A DNA stretch of 43,456 nt from Bacteroidales bacterium (GCA_047972845.1 JBKEBB010000041.1:1-43456); one strand, 5' to 3'. Shown: positions 9,189 to 18,992, counted from the first letter of the stretch. A program made the numbers and translations. The notes: generated by a model from the sequence alone, not told the origin.

Positions 9189-10516
9189 TTTTTGCCTATT
9201 CCGAAGTAATCAAACCCATTTTTATTCATTTCGCCACTGTCGTAAATATTTCGTCCGTCGAAGATCACGTGTCTGCGAATCTTCTCTTTCAACGTATCCA
9301 TATTGAACAGGCGGAACTCCTTCCATTCAGTCACCAACATGATGGCATCAGCACCATCGGCCGCATCGTAAATATCAGACGCGTAATAGACTGAATCGCC
9401 CAGATAATGCTTCTTAGCCTCTTCTCCGGCAACAGGATCGTACACACGAATTGTGCATCCAGCCTCTTGCAGCAATCGGATAATCTCAATAGAGGGAGCC
9501 TCGCGCATATCGTCGGTTTCGGGTTTGAATGATAGACCCCAAATGGCGAAGGTTAACCCTTTCAACGGAATATTGTGGAGAGTTTCGAAATAGGCTTTGG
9601 CTTTGTTGAACAGAACCTTCTTTTGATCCTCATTCACCTCCTCTACCGCAGTGACCACACGCATCTCCATGTTATGCTCTTTTGCCGTACGAATGAGCGC
9701 CTTCACATCTTTTGGAAAACAGGAACCTCCATATCCGCAGCCGGCATAGAGGAAGCGGTTTCCGATACGCGGATCACTCCCTACTCCTCTACGAACGTTG
9801 TGAATATTGGCACCTACACGTTCGCATAGATTGGCTATTTCGTTCATGAAACTGATACGGGTGGCAAGCATCGCGTTGGCCGTGTATTTCGTCATTTCAG
9901 CGGATGCGATATCCATAAATAGAATGGGATGACCATTGATCGTGAATGGGCGATAGAGATACTCCATCATACTTTTCGCCTTATCGGAATTGACCCCTAC
10001 AATAATGCGATCGGGCTTCATAAAATCGTTGATAGCATCGCCCTCCTTAAGAAACTCGGGATTGGACGCGACATCAAACGGAATATCGACTCCTCTTCGT
10101 TGTAACTCTTCCCGAATGGCGGCTTCCACCTTGATTCCCGTTCCAACAGGCACCGTACTTTTGGTCACAATAAGCAAGTACTTATTCATATGACGGCCAA
10201 TCGTACGAGCTACTTCGATCACCGCCCTCAGGTCGGCACTTCCATCTTCAAACGGAGGGGTACCAACGGCTATATAAACAATGTCTTGGTTGTTGAGAAC
10301 ATCAATCAAATCGGTGGTAAATAGTAACCTTCCGGCTTTCATATTCTTGTCGATGAGTATGTCTAACCCAGGTTCGTAAATGGGCACTTCTCCTCGGTTA
10401 AGCCGATCTATTTTATCCTTGTTGATGTCAATACATGTGACAACCGTTCCCATATCGGCAAAGCAGGTACTGGTAACTAAACCGACATATCCTGTTCCTA
10501 CTGTAGCTACATTCAT
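9185..10516 (-). CDS. ugd: UDP-glucose 6-dehydrogenase
   Basis: N-terminal GTGYVGL NAD-binding motif and the catalytic Cys context [10 protein letters not shown]. Length of 443 aa is typical. Confidence 0.9.
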   Translation of the reverse strand: MNVATVGTGYVGLVTSTCFADMGTVVTCIDINKDKIDRLNRGEVPIYEPGLDILIDKNMKAGRLLFTTDLIDVLNNQDIVYIAVGTPPFEDGSADLRAVIEVARTIGRHMNKYLLIVTKSTVPVGTGIKVEAAIREELQRRGVDIPFDVASNPEFLKEGDAINDFMKPDRIIVGVNSDKAKSMMEYLYRPFTINGHPILFMDIASAEMTKYTANAMLATRISFMNEIANLCERVGANIHNVRRGVGSDPRIGNRFLYAGCGYGGSCFPKDVKALIRTAKEHNMEMRVVTAVEEVNEDQKKVLFNKAKAYFETLHNIPLKGLTFAIWGLSFKPETDDMREAPSIEIIRLLQEAGCTIRVYDPVAGEEAKKHYLGDSVYYASDIYDAADGADAIMLVTEWKEFRLFNMDTLKEKIRRHVIFDGRNIYDSGEMNKNGFDYFGIGKK

Positions 10517-10563
10517 AATAATTGTGTATTTCTTATAGATTTATTAAAGTCTAATTCACGATT

Positions 10564-10571
10564 CAAATATA
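10564..10571 (-). promoter_or_regulatory. -7 promoter box (TATATTTG on minus strand) for ugd operon
   Basis: Plus strand CAAATATA, 48 nt upstream of the ugd ATG at 10516. Confidence 0.5.
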
Positions 10572-10639
10572 TTCTTTTTTTTTAAATGTAGCACTTTCGG
10601 CCCTATTTTATCCATTGTTAACATCCACAAGCTCCACTC

Positions 10640-12682
10640 CTACTTAATTTCACTGCCATTGGCAACGCTCTCGGTAGGCTGTACAAAGACCAACTTTCCA
10701 TTGGAGTCCTCAGCCAGCAGAATCATGCCTTGAGAGTCTATGCCACGCAGTTTGCGGGGTTCAAGATTAACCAATACGCTCACCTGACGACCCGGAAGTT
10801 CTTCCGGTTTAAAATGTTCGGCGATACCTGAAACAATGGTACGTTGGTCAATTCCTGTATCCACTTTCAACTTCATCAGTTTGGAGGTTTTAGGCACAAG
10901 TTCGGCTTCGAGAATAGTTCCTACCCGTATATCCATCCGACTGAAATCGTCGTACTGAATAGCACTCTTTTGAGGAGTGGCCTTCTGCTCTGTAGCTTCG
11001 TTGGCCTTCTTGGTATCGAGGAGTTTCTGAACCTGCACCTCAATCACTGAATCTTCTATCTTTTCAAACAGGAGCTGAGCTTCACCCAAACGATGATCGA
11101 CAGGCAGAATGTCGGTTGCTCCCAATTGATCCCATGAGAAAGTCTCCATATTGAGAAATGAACGCATCTTGGCCGCCGAGAAAGGCAAGAAAGGTTCGAA
11201 CACGATAGCCAGATTGGCGGTAATCTGGAGAGAGAGATTCATGATGGTAGCTACCCGATTCATGTCGGTTTTAGCCAGTTTCCAAGGTTCGGTATCGGCG
11301 AGATACTTGTTTCCGATACGAGCCAGATTCATGGCCTCCTTCAAGGCATCGCGGAAACGATATATGTTGAGATACTCTTCAACGGAATGCTTCACATTGG
11401 CAAATTCGTTGAGGGTGGCTTTGTCATAGTCGGTCAACTCTCCGCAAGCGGGCACCTTTCCATCGAAATATTTATTGGTAAGAACCAGAGCTCGGTTGAC
11501 AAAGTTTCCAAGCACTGCCACCAATTCATTGTTGTTTCTTGCTTGAAAATCCTTCCATGTGTAATCGTTATCTTTCGTTTCAGGTGCATTCGCGGTCAAC
11601 ACATAGCGAAGGACATCCTGTTTGTCCGGAAACTCTTCGAGATACTCGTGGAGCCATACCGCCCAGTTGCGCGAAGTAGATATTTTATCTCCTTCCAGAT
11701 TTAAGAACTCATTAGCAGGGACATTTTCGGGCAGGATAAAACTACCCTCGGCCTTAAGCATCGCGGGGAATACGATACAGTGGAAAACGATGTTGTCTTT
11801 GCCGATAAAATGTACCAACTTACAGTCGGGATCTTTCCAATACTTCTCCCAAGTGTCGGGCAACAACTCAATGGTGTTGGAGATATATCCGATAGGAGCG
11901 TCAAACCATACGTAAAGCACCTTTCCATCCGCTCCTTCAATGGGAACGGGAACTCCCCAATCGAGGTCGCGACTCACCGCGCGTGGCTGCAAACCCATAT
12001 CCAGCCACGACTTGCACTGTCCATATACATTGCTTTTCCACTCTTTGTGATCCTCCAAGATCCACTGACGCAACCATCCTTCGTGTTTGTCCAAGGGAAG
12101 ATACCAGTGCTTGGTTTCCTTCATTATCGGAGTGCTTCCGCTGATGGTCGAGCGGGGATTGATCAGATCGGTAGGACTGAGTGAGGTGCCACACGACTCG
12201 CATTGGTCGCCATAGGCTCGTTCGTTTTTGCAATGAGGACAGGTGCCTATGATATAACGGTCTGCCAAGAATTGATTGGCTTCGGTGTCAAAGTACTGTT
12301 CGGATGTTTTCTCAACAAACTCTCCTTTGTCATACAATTTACGGAAGAAATCGGAAGCTGTTTTATGGTGAATGGCAGAAGTGGTGCGGGAATATACATC
12401 AAACGAAATTCCGAACTTCTCAAACGAATCCTTAATAATAGCGTGGTACCTGTCAACTACGTTTTGAGGAGTAATTCCTTCGTTTTTCGCTTTAAGGGTA
12501 ATAGGTACGCCATGCTCGTCTGATCCTCCCACTAAAAGAACATCCTCTCCTTTGAGACGAAGATAGCGTGTATATATATCGGCCGGGACATACACTCCGG
12601 CGAGGTGTCCGATATGTACCGGTCCGTTGGCATAGGGTAAAGCTGTAGTTACTAAAGTACGTTTAAACGATTTCATATTCAT
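10640..12682 (-). CDS. metG: Methionine--tRNA ligase with C-terminal tRNA-binding (Trbp111/EMAP-like) domain
   Basis: HIGH motif ([10 protein letters not shown]), zinc knuckles (CPHC...CESCG), KMSKS-type loop (KISTSRN), and the C-terminal [11 protein letters not shown]...KLKVDTG domain. Confidence 0.95.
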   Translation of the reverse strand: MNMKSFKRTLVTTALPYANGPVHIGHLAGVYVPADIYTRYLRLKGEDVLLVGGSDEHGVPITLKAKNEGITPQNVVDRYHAIIKDSFEKFGISFDVYSRTTSAIHHKTASDFFRKLYDKGEFVEKTSEQYFDTEANQFLADRYIIGTCPHCKNERAYGDQCESCGTSLSPTDLINPRSTISGSTPIMKETKHWYLPLDKHEGWLRQWILEDHKEWKSNVYGQCKSWLDMGLQPRAVSRDLDWGVPVPIEGADGKVLYVWFDAPIGYISNTIELLPDTWEKYWKDPDCKLVHFIGKDNIVFHCIVFPAMLKAEGSFILPENVPANEFLNLEGDKISTSRNWAVWLHEYLEEFPDKQDVLRYVLTANAPETKDNDYTWKDFQARNNNELVAVLGNFVNRALVLTNKYFDGKVPACGELTDYDKATLNEFANVKHSVEEYLNIYRFRDALKEAMNLARIGNKYLADTEPWKLAKTDMNRVATIMNLSLQITANLAIVFEPFLPFSAAKMRSFLNMETFSWDQLGATDILPVDHRLGEAQLLFEKIEDSVIEVQVQKLLDTKKANEATEQKATPQKSAIQYDDFSRMDIRVGTILEAELVPKTSKLMKLKVDTGIDQRTIVSGIAEHFKPEELPGRQVSVLVNLEPRKLRGIDSQGMILLAEDSNGKLVFVQPTESVANGSEIK

Positions 12683-12746
12683 ATATATAGTTTGTCTGTT
12701 TATCGATCACTCGATTGTTTGCTCCAATTTCTTAATTACAATGGAA

Positions 12747-13121
12747 TTATTCTCCAATCTGGGATGAACACTCCTTTTCAAAGATCGGTTTGAGAATATC
12801 CGGTACCTCCACACTTCCACATCGCATCGAATTCAGCAGATTTTCTCCGGCCTTTGATAAACGGAAATACATCTGACGCTTGTCCGTTTTTCCCATTGTT
12901 CGTACAATCAATCTCTTATCCTCAATAGATCGAATTACTTTCGAACAATGTGATGAGGTCAACTCTGCTCTTCTCGCAATTTCAGAGGCGGCCAATTCTC
13001 CTTCGGAGAGTACACACAGGGTCATCGCTTCATTGATACATACACCATGAACACGTTCGAACTCCTGTTCAAAACTGTTTATCGCACGATATATGTCGCG
13101 CATTACACATATTCCTTTCAT
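12747..13121 (-). CDS. MarR-family (winged-helix) transcriptional regulator, Cys-rich
   Basis: About 124 aa with a wHTH-like core (LAASEIARRAELTSSHCSKVIRSIEDKRLIVR...DKRQMYFRLSKAG) and six Cys residues. It has its own -7 box. An alternative start is Met7 (13103). Confidence 0.7.
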   Translation of the reverse strand: MKGICVMRDIYRAINSFEQEFERVHGVCINEAMTLCVLSEGELAASEIARRAELTSSHCSKVIRSIEDKRLIVRTMGKTDKRQMYFRLSKAGENLLNSMRCGSVEVPDILKPIFEKECSSQIGE

Positions 13122-13166
13122 TGTAAAATCAATTGAGTGAGAGAATCATTTTGTTGCTTAGGAGCT

Positions 13167-13174
13167 GCAAAATT
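13167..13174 (-). promoter_or_regulatory. -7 promoter box (TAATTTTG on minus strand) for the MarR-family gene (and possibly metG)
   Basis: Plus strand CAAAATTA, 46 nt upstream of the ATG at 13121. No comparable box was found between marR and metG. Confidence 0.5.
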
Positions 13175-13197
13175 AAAAAACTATTGATACACTTTGA

Positions 13198-13212
13198 AAT
13201 TTCCAATGGAAA
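13198..13212. promoter_or_regulatory. 15-bp palindrome, candidate operator at the MarR-gene promoter
   Basis: ATTTCCA-A-TGGAAAT has perfect 7-bp arms around a central A. It lies 24-38 nt upstream of the -7 box, in the -33 region. Confidence 0.35.
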
Positions 13213-13300
13213 TATTTATAATTTATGACTTAACGTTCTCTTTCAACGTGACATATTCGATCACTCTTCTCAACCAACGATCGGATGGAGAGAAACAACA

Positions 13301-13335
13301 AAGAGGCACTGCCAAATCATTTGGCAATGCCTCTT
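13301..13335 (-). terminator. Intrinsic terminator hairpin downstream of copA
   Basis: AAGAGGCACTGCCAA / TTGGCAATGCCTCTT: 15-bp stem with 1 mismatch and a 5-nt loop. It lies 46 nt past the copA stop, followed on the minus strand by the T-rich tract TGTTGTTTCTCT. Confidence 0.6.
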
Positions 13336-13380
13336 ATGTTGTTTAGACCGAACAATTCTCAAGAAAAGAGTGGTAGTCGA

Positions 13381-15600
13381 TTACATCTTCCCGTATCGTA
13401 ACCGAAGACTGTTGGTGACCACACTAATGCTGCTCAAAGCCATCGCGGCACCTGCAATCATCGGATTGAGTAAAAAGCCGGTAAACGGAAACAACAATCC
13501 GGCGGCAAGGGGAATACTTATCAGATTATAGATGAATGCCCAGAATAGGTTTTGACGAATGGTGCGTACAGTTTTACGGGAAAGTTTCATCGCCTCTACG
13601 ATTTTCGTCAGATCGGACGATACAATGGTTATCCGCGCTACATCCATGGCGATATCGCTACCCTTACCCATGGCGATACTTAGGTCTGCTTGTGCAAGGG
13701 CGGCACTATCGTTGATACCATCTCCCACCATCGCCACTTTATGACCTTTCTCTTGAAGCTGTTTGACAAATCCTGCCTTGTATTGCGGCAACACTTCCGC
13801 TTCGAAATGACGAATCCCTGCCTGTATCGCGATTGATGAGGCGGACTCTTTGTTGTCGCCCGTCAGCATATATATTTTTATTCCATGCGACTTCAATTGC
13901 TCTATTGCCTTCACAGAACTCTCTTTAATCCGATCGGCAATGGCAAACAGAGCAAGTACCCCGTTGGAATGGGCAAACCAAACAACCGATTTTCCCTCTT
14001 TCGACATAAGTCGTGCAGCTTCATCCGCCTCCGCACTTATCTCAATTCCGTTTTCACAGAGCAAACGACGACTGCCCGCCCAATACACCACCCCTTCATA
14101 CTCTCCTCTGACTCCTTTCCCGGTGATACTCTCAAAGTCACTCATTGTATTTTCGGTTGATCCGTTTTCAAGATATGAAGTGACTGCTTCGGCAAGGGGA
14201 TGCTCGGAATGTTTTTCCAGATTCAACAGAATGGGAGCATATTGAAGTTCGTTTTCATACCAAATAGCAGCAGATACTGTAGGTTTCCCTTCGGTAATGG
14301 TTCCGGTTTTATCCAAAACCACCGCATCCACACTTCTGGCAATCTCAAGGCTCTCGGCATCTTTTATCAGAATGCCATGCTCCGCGCCTTTCCCCATTCC
14401 CACCATTATGGCCGTAGGAGTGGCCAGTCCGAGTGCGCATGGACATGCGATTATCAATACTGTTACGAGTGATAATACCCCATGTGAAACTCCATTAACA
14501 GGATCGAGAAGTACCCATAACAAAAACGACAACAACGCTATGCTCATTACGACCGGAACGAATACCGAAGCGATCTTATCGACTGTCTTTTGGACAGGAG
14601 CCTTACTGCCTTGTGCCTCCTGAACCATCCGAATAATCTGCGCGAGCAGTGTCTCCTTGCCTACTTTATCTGCCGTGAAACGGAAACTTCCTTTTTGATT
14701 AATCGTCCCCGCGAACACCTTGGATCCTTTCTCCTTCAACTCCGGAATGGGCTCTCCGCTGAGCATACTTTCATCCACAAACGAACTACCTTCGGTGACA
14801 GTTCCGTCAACAGGAATCTTCTCTCCCGAACGCACCATGATTACTGAGCCCACTACAATTTGATCGATAGGAATCATACGTAGTTTTCCCTGTTTATCGG
14901 CGACAGCAGCAGTTCGAGGTTGCAACCCGATGAGTTTCCGAATAGCTGAGGTGGTATTTCCCTTCGCCTTCTCTTCGAGTAGTCGGCCTATCAAAATAAA
15001 TGTGATGATCACACTGGCCGCTTCGAAATAGACATGCGGTTCTACCCCTCTCGATCTCCAAAACTCCGGGAAAAGAAGATTGAACATACTGAACAGATAA
15101 GCAATCCCCGTACTCAATGCGACGAGAGTGTCCATTGTCACCGACCGATGACGAATCTGTTTCCACGCGTTGATAAAAAATCCCCGACCAAAGTAAAATA
15201 CAACGGGAGTAGAAAGTATTGCCATAATCAAATTCCCATACGTCAGATCCATAAAGATCATTGCAATGAGTACGATTGGAATAGTCAATATAGCAGAGGC
15301 TAGGGCCCGTCGTTTCAACTCGTCATACTGCACCGAAGCGATCTCTTCTAAACTGGTACCCTCCTCTTCGTCCTCTTCAATGGTCATTTCGTATCCAGCA
15401 TCCACAACCGCCTTACGCAAGGCTTCGGGCGATGTGAGGGATGTATCATATTCAACGGTCACGTTGGCAGCAGCAAAGTTGATAGAGGCCATTTTTACTC
15501 CTGTTTGGGAACTAAGCGTCTTCTCCACTCGTCCGGCACACGACACACAATGCATTCCTGACACAGGAAAGATTCTTTTTTCTGATTGATTGGTTGTCAT
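13381..15600 (-). CDS. copA: Copper-translocating P1B-type ATPase
   Basis: One N-terminal HMA domain (GMHCVSCAG), the CPC transmembrane motif (IIACPCALGLATP), DKTGT, and GDGINDS. The start at MTTNQSEK (15600) is preferred over the 14-codon upstream extension in the track. Confidence 0.92.
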   Translation of the reverse strand: MTTNQSEKRIFPVSGMHCVSCAGRVEKTLSSQTGVKMASINFAAANVTVEYDTSLTSPEALRKAVVDAGYEMTIEEDEEEGTSLEEIASVQYDELKRRALASAILTIPIVLIAMIFMDLTYGNLIMAILSTPVVFYFGRGFFINAWKQIRHRSVTMDTLVALSTGIAYLFSMFNLLFPEFWRSRGVEPHVYFEAASVIITFILIGRLLEEKAKGNTTSAIRKLIGLQPRTAAVADKQGKLRMIPIDQIVVGSVIMVRSGEKIPVDGTVTEGSSFVDESMLSGEPIPELKEKGSKVFAGTINQKGSFRFTADKVGKETLLAQIIRMVQEAQGSKAPVQKTVDKIASVFVPVVMSIALLSFLLWVLLDPVNGVSHGVLSLVTVLIIACPCALGLATPTAIMVGMGKGAEHGILIKDAESLEIARSVDAVVLDKTGTITEGKPTVSAAIWYENELQYAPILLNLEKHSEHPLAEAVTSYLENGSTENTMSDFESITGKGVRGEYEGVVYWAGSRRLLCENGIEISAEADEAARLMSKEGKSVVWFAHSNGVLALFAIADRIKESSVKAIEQLKSHGIKIYMLTGDNKESASSIAIQAGIRHFEAEVLPQYKAGFVKQLQEKGHKVAMVGDGINDSAALAQADLSIAMGKGSDIAMDVARITIVSSDLTKIVEAMKLSRKTVRTIRQNLFWAFIYNLISIPLAAGLLFPFTGFLLNPMIAGAAMALSSISVVTNSLRLRYGKM

Positions 15601-15618
15601 GGGTAAAATATTTTTTAG

Positions 15619-15631
15619 TTTGCAATGCAAA
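15619..15631. promoter_or_regulatory. 13-bp palindrome overlapping the probable copA promoter
   Basis: TTTGCA-A-TGCAAA has perfect 6-bp arms. On the minus strand it overlaps a near-consensus -7 box (GATCTTTG), 19-31 nt upstream of the copA ATG. Confidence 0.3.
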
Positions 15632-15701
15632 GATCGGAACAAATACCACTGAACGAGTTACAGAATTATTGGAGAGTTTTATATGATTACATCCGCTGAG
15701 A

Positions 15702-16271
15702 CTATATCTTATCCAACGGGATACGACGATTTTCCTTGATACGTTTGTAATGGCTGGGGGTTAATCCGGTTATTTTCTTAAACTGCGCACTTAGATGAGC
15801 CGCGCTCGAATAGTTCATCAGGTCGGCAATCTCGTTGAGGGTTAATTCATCATACACGAGCAACTCTTTTACCCGCTCAATCTTTTGAGCGATAAAATAC
15901 TTTTCAATGGTTGTATTCTCGACTTCCGAAAAAAGATGACTAATTGAACCGTAGTCCTGATGAATCTTGTCAGACACATAGTCCGAAAGGTTCACCTTCA
16001 GCATTGCGTTGTCACGATGAACCAACTCAACAACCGCGTTTTTCACCTGCTCGATGATTCGGGTACGTCTATCATCAATCAATTCGAATCCCACCTCACG
16101 AAGCCGCTCTTGCAACAACTGTCGGTCTGTATCGATTAACTCATTTTTCAGAATGGCCTCACCGAGTACTACCTCAACCGGATTCAATCCGACACGCTCA
16201 AGGATATCCCGCACAGCCATTATACAACGACCGCAAACCATATTTTTTATGTATAATCTATTTGTAGCCAT
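15702..16271 (-). CDS. AraC-family transcriptional regulator with N-terminal heavy-metal-associated (HMA-like, CxxC) domain
   Basis: The N-terminal ~65 aa follow a beta-alpha-beta-beta-alpha-beta pattern with NMVCGRC at the HMA metal-loop position. The C-terminal part holds two AraC HTH repeats (TLNEIADLMNYSSAAHLSAQFKKITGLTPSHYKR). The start at MATNRLY (16271) is preferred over the track start at 16355. Confidence 0.8.
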   Translation of the reverse strand: MATNRLYIKNMVCGRCIMAVRDILERVGLNPVEVVLGEAILKNELIDTDRQLLQERLREVGFELIDDRRTRIIEQVKNAVVELVHRDNAMLKVNLSDYVSDKIHQDYGSISHLFSEVENTTIEKYFIAQKIERVKELLVYDELTLNEIADLMNYSSAAHLSAQFKKITGLTPSHYKRIKENRRIPLDKI

Positions 16272-16605
16272 AGATATATCGACATTGTGTCCACCTAAAC
16301 TCATACGAGGCAATAAAGGTAACAATAAAATCTCTTTTTCACATTCACTCCCCACTATAGCCCTTCATCGCCTCCTCCCTGTTTAGACTCTTTTTATTCA
16401 TTACTGAGATTTTATCCCCGTCTGTTAGTGGTAGAAAGCAAAAAAATCATTTACTTTGCAGGCTGTTTCCTTGTAAACAATACAATGATGTTTTAAGATA
16501 GCTAAAAACCTATCGATTATATTGGGTAAACTTACGAGTTAAATACACGTTGGGAGTCCGATTCAGAAACATAAATAAAAGAATAAAACAACTTAACTAT
16601 AGAAA

Positions 16606-18153
16606 ATGGCACAGCAAGAGGATGTTTTCAAAAAACTGGTATCTCACTGCAAAGAGTACGGTTTTGTTTTTCAGTCAAGCGAAATTTATGATGGACTGGC
16701 AGCCGTGTATGACTACGGCCAGATGGGCGTTGAACTAAAAAACAACATTAAGAAATACTGGTGGGACAGCATGGTTCTGCTTCACGAGAATGTAGTCGGA
16801 ATCGACTCTGCTATTTTCATGCATCCGACTATTTGGAAAGCATCCGGACACGTAGATGCCTTCAACGATCCTCTCATCGACAACAAAGATTCGAAAAAGC
16901 GCTATCGTGCCGATGTGCTTATTGAAGATCAGCTGGCGAAATTCGATGATAAAATCAATAAAGAGGTGGAAAAAGCCGCCAAACGTTTTGGCGAAACTTT
17001 CGATGAGGCTCTTTTCCGCGATACCAATCCCCGGATTCTTGAAGCAAAACAGAAGCGCGACGAGCTACACACTCGCTTTGCCAAAGCCCTGAACGATGTG
17101 AATCTGGAGGAACTCCGACAAATCATCCTCGACTACGAAATCGTTTGTCCGATAAGTGGCACCAAAAACTGGACAGAGGTGCGTCAGTTCAATCTGATGT
17201 TCTCCACCGAAATGGGATCTACTGCCGACGGTGCGATGAAAGTCTATCTGCGTCCTGAAACCGCACAAGGTATCTTTGTAAACTTCCTGAACGTACAAAA
17301 GACAGGCCGGATGAAGATTCCTTTCGGAATTGCACAAATCGGAAAAGCGTTCCGCAATGAGATCGTTGCCCGTCAATTCATCTTCCGTATGCGCGAATTC
17401 GAGCAGATGGAGATGCAGTTCTTTGTGCGTCCCGGCGAGGAGTTGGAATGGTTTAAATACTGGAAAGAGCGCCGCTTAAAGTGGCATGAATCACTCGGAT
17501 TCGGATCACATAAATATCGTTTCCACGACCACGATAAGTTGGCTCACTACGCCAATGCCGCTACCGATATAGAGTTCGAAATGCCTTTCGGATTCAAAGA
17601 GGTGGAAGGAATACACTCACGTACCGATTTCGACTTAGGCAGCCACGAAAATTTTTCCGGCAAGAAGTTGCAGTACTTCGATCCGGAGCACACTAAATCA
17701 TACGTGCCCTACGTGATTGAAACCTCTATCGGGGTTGACCGTACCTTCTTAAGCGTATTGGCCGCCTCTTATTGTGAAGAGGCACTTGAGGGAGGCGACT
17801 CTCGGGTAGTGCTGAGACTCCCTTCAGCCCTTGCTCCTGTGAAACTGGCGGTTCTTCCACTGGTTAAAAAGGATGGTTTACCGGAAATTGCTCGCGAAAT
17901 AATGGATGATCTGAAGTTTGAGTTCAATTGTCAATACGACGAAAAAGACTCAATCGGTAAACGCTACAGACGTCAGGATGCCATCGGAACTCCTTTCTGC
18001 GCGACTATCGACCACCAAACGCTCGAAGATAAGTGCGTAACCATTCGTTACCGCGACACCATGGTTCAAGAGCGAATACCCATTTCCGATCTTAGCAAGA
18101 TTATCGGAAAAGAGGTTAGCATGAAAGAATTGATGAAAAAACAGATGGTATAA
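16606..18153 (+). CDS. glyQS: Glycine--tRNA ligase (dimeric alpha2 class II type)
   Basis: Typical N-terminus (FQSSEIYDGLAAVYDYG), class II motif 2 context (YLRPETAQGIFVNF ... FRNEI), and an anticodon-binding C-terminal domain. 515 aa. Confidence 0.93.
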   Translation: MAQQEDVFKKLVSHCKEYGFVFQSSEIYDGLAAVYDYGQMGVELKNNIKKYWWDSMVLLHENVVGIDSAIFMHPTIWKASGHVDAFNDPLIDNKDSKKRYRADVLIEDQLAKFDDKINKEVEKAAKRFGETFDEALFRDTNPRILEAKQKRDELHTRFAKALNDVNLEELRQIILDYEIVCPISGTKNWTEVRQFNLMFSTEMGSTADGAMKVYLRPETAQGIFVNFLNVQKTGRMKIPFGIAQIGKAFRNEIVARQFIFRMREFEQMEMQFFVRPGEELEWFKYWKERRLKWHESLGFGSHKYRFHDHDKLAHYANAATDIEFEMPFGFKEVEGIHSRTDFDLGSHENFSGKKLQYFDPEHTKSYVPYVIETSIGVDRTFLSVLAASYCEEALEGGDSRVVLRLPSALAPVKLAVLPLVKKDGLPEIAREIMDDLKFEFNCQYDEKDSIGKRYRRQDAIGTPFCATIDHQTLEDKCVTIRYRDTMVQERIPISDLSKIIGKEVSMKELMKKQMV

Positions 18154-18341
18154 TTTGGTTGTTCTGTTTGGATACGATGTCCGGTGTAATCCGATCGATA
18201 AACAAATAGGCCGACATATTACAATAACAAACAGATGAATGAAACGAGCATGTAGATCGTTAAAACACTCGAAGAATAGATTGAGTAGAATTTGATTTAC
18301 ATAACAGTTCCATACACCATAACAAAAGAATAAATATTCGT

Positions 18342-18872
18342 ATGAAAAAAACAATCAAATGGGTCGTTTCTGTTATTCTGCTGACAGTCTTTATTGTATC
18401 GTGTGAAGACAAAACTACCAGCTACGACAACTATGACGCATGGAAGAAAGAAAACGATGAATATTTTGCCACTTTGAGGGCATCCGGGAAATATGAGATT
18501 CTTAGTATTCCCACCAATCGTGGAGGGGGCGAACTGCTCATCAAAAAGTTAGCTTCGGGCCATCCCGATTCAATTCCTCCTATTTTCAACAGCATTATCC
18601 AATGTCACTACAAGGGATGGAATAAAAATGACTCCATTTTCGACAAATCATTCGAAGGAGACCAGCCTACTTGGGACGATGTTCCTGCCTCATTTCCTAT
18701 GGAAGGTGTTGTGAAAGGATTCAACGAAATGCTCCAACAAATGGTTTCAGGGGATAAATATGAGGTGGTGATTCCATGGGATTTGGGATATGGAGATTCC
18801 GGAAGCGGAAATATCCTTCCCTTTACCACACTGCATTTCGAAGTGGAGCTGTTAAAGGTCCTCCGTCACTAA
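18342..18872 (+). CDS. FKBP-type peptidyl-prolyl cis-trans isomerase, probable lipoprotein
   Basis: Lipobox-like VSC at the signal-peptide end. FKBP C-terminal signature (VIPWDLGYGDSGSGNILPFTTLHFEVELLKV). Confidence 0.85.
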   Translation: MKKTIKWVVSVILLTVFIVSCEDKTTSYDNYDAWKKENDEYFATLRASGKYEILSIPTNRGGGELLIKKLASGHPDSIPPIFNSIIQCHYKGWNKNDSIFDKSFEGDQPTWDDVPASFPMEGVVKGFNEMLQQMVSGDKYEVVIPWDLGYGDSGSGNILPFTTLHFEVELLKVLRH

Positions 18873-18931
18873 AATTAGCGTCGGAGCGGACAATCAAACG
18901 TCCGCCTCCTCTCTCAACTCATTTCCGAATA

Positions 18932-18992
18932 AGAGGCTTGATAGGTTGATTTTGCACAATAAACAGCAAAATACCTATTGAAGGCAGCCTCT
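18932..18992. other. 61-nt three-helix imperfect inverted repeat between FKBP and rhomboid genes
   Basis: Helices AGAGGCT/AGCCTCT (18932-38 / 18986-92), ATAGGT/ACCTAT (18941-46 / 18973-78) and ATTTTGC/GCAAAAT (18949-55 / 18966-72), with a 10-nt loop. No U-tract follows on either strand. Confidence 0.4.

Noticed and set aside
10608-10630. DnaA-box-like sequences (TTATCCATT, CATCCACAA) between metG and ugd
   Set aside because: There are only two degenerate boxes and no AT-rich unwinding element or cluster. The location between two co-directional genes is unlike an origin.
16356-16605. Leader of glyQS (and those of metG, proS and metH) as a T-box or riboswitch
   Set aside because: No specifier or T-box core sequence, and no SAM or B12 riboswitch cores, were recognisable. 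T-boxes are not expected in this phylum. Only short 4-5-bp hairpins are present.
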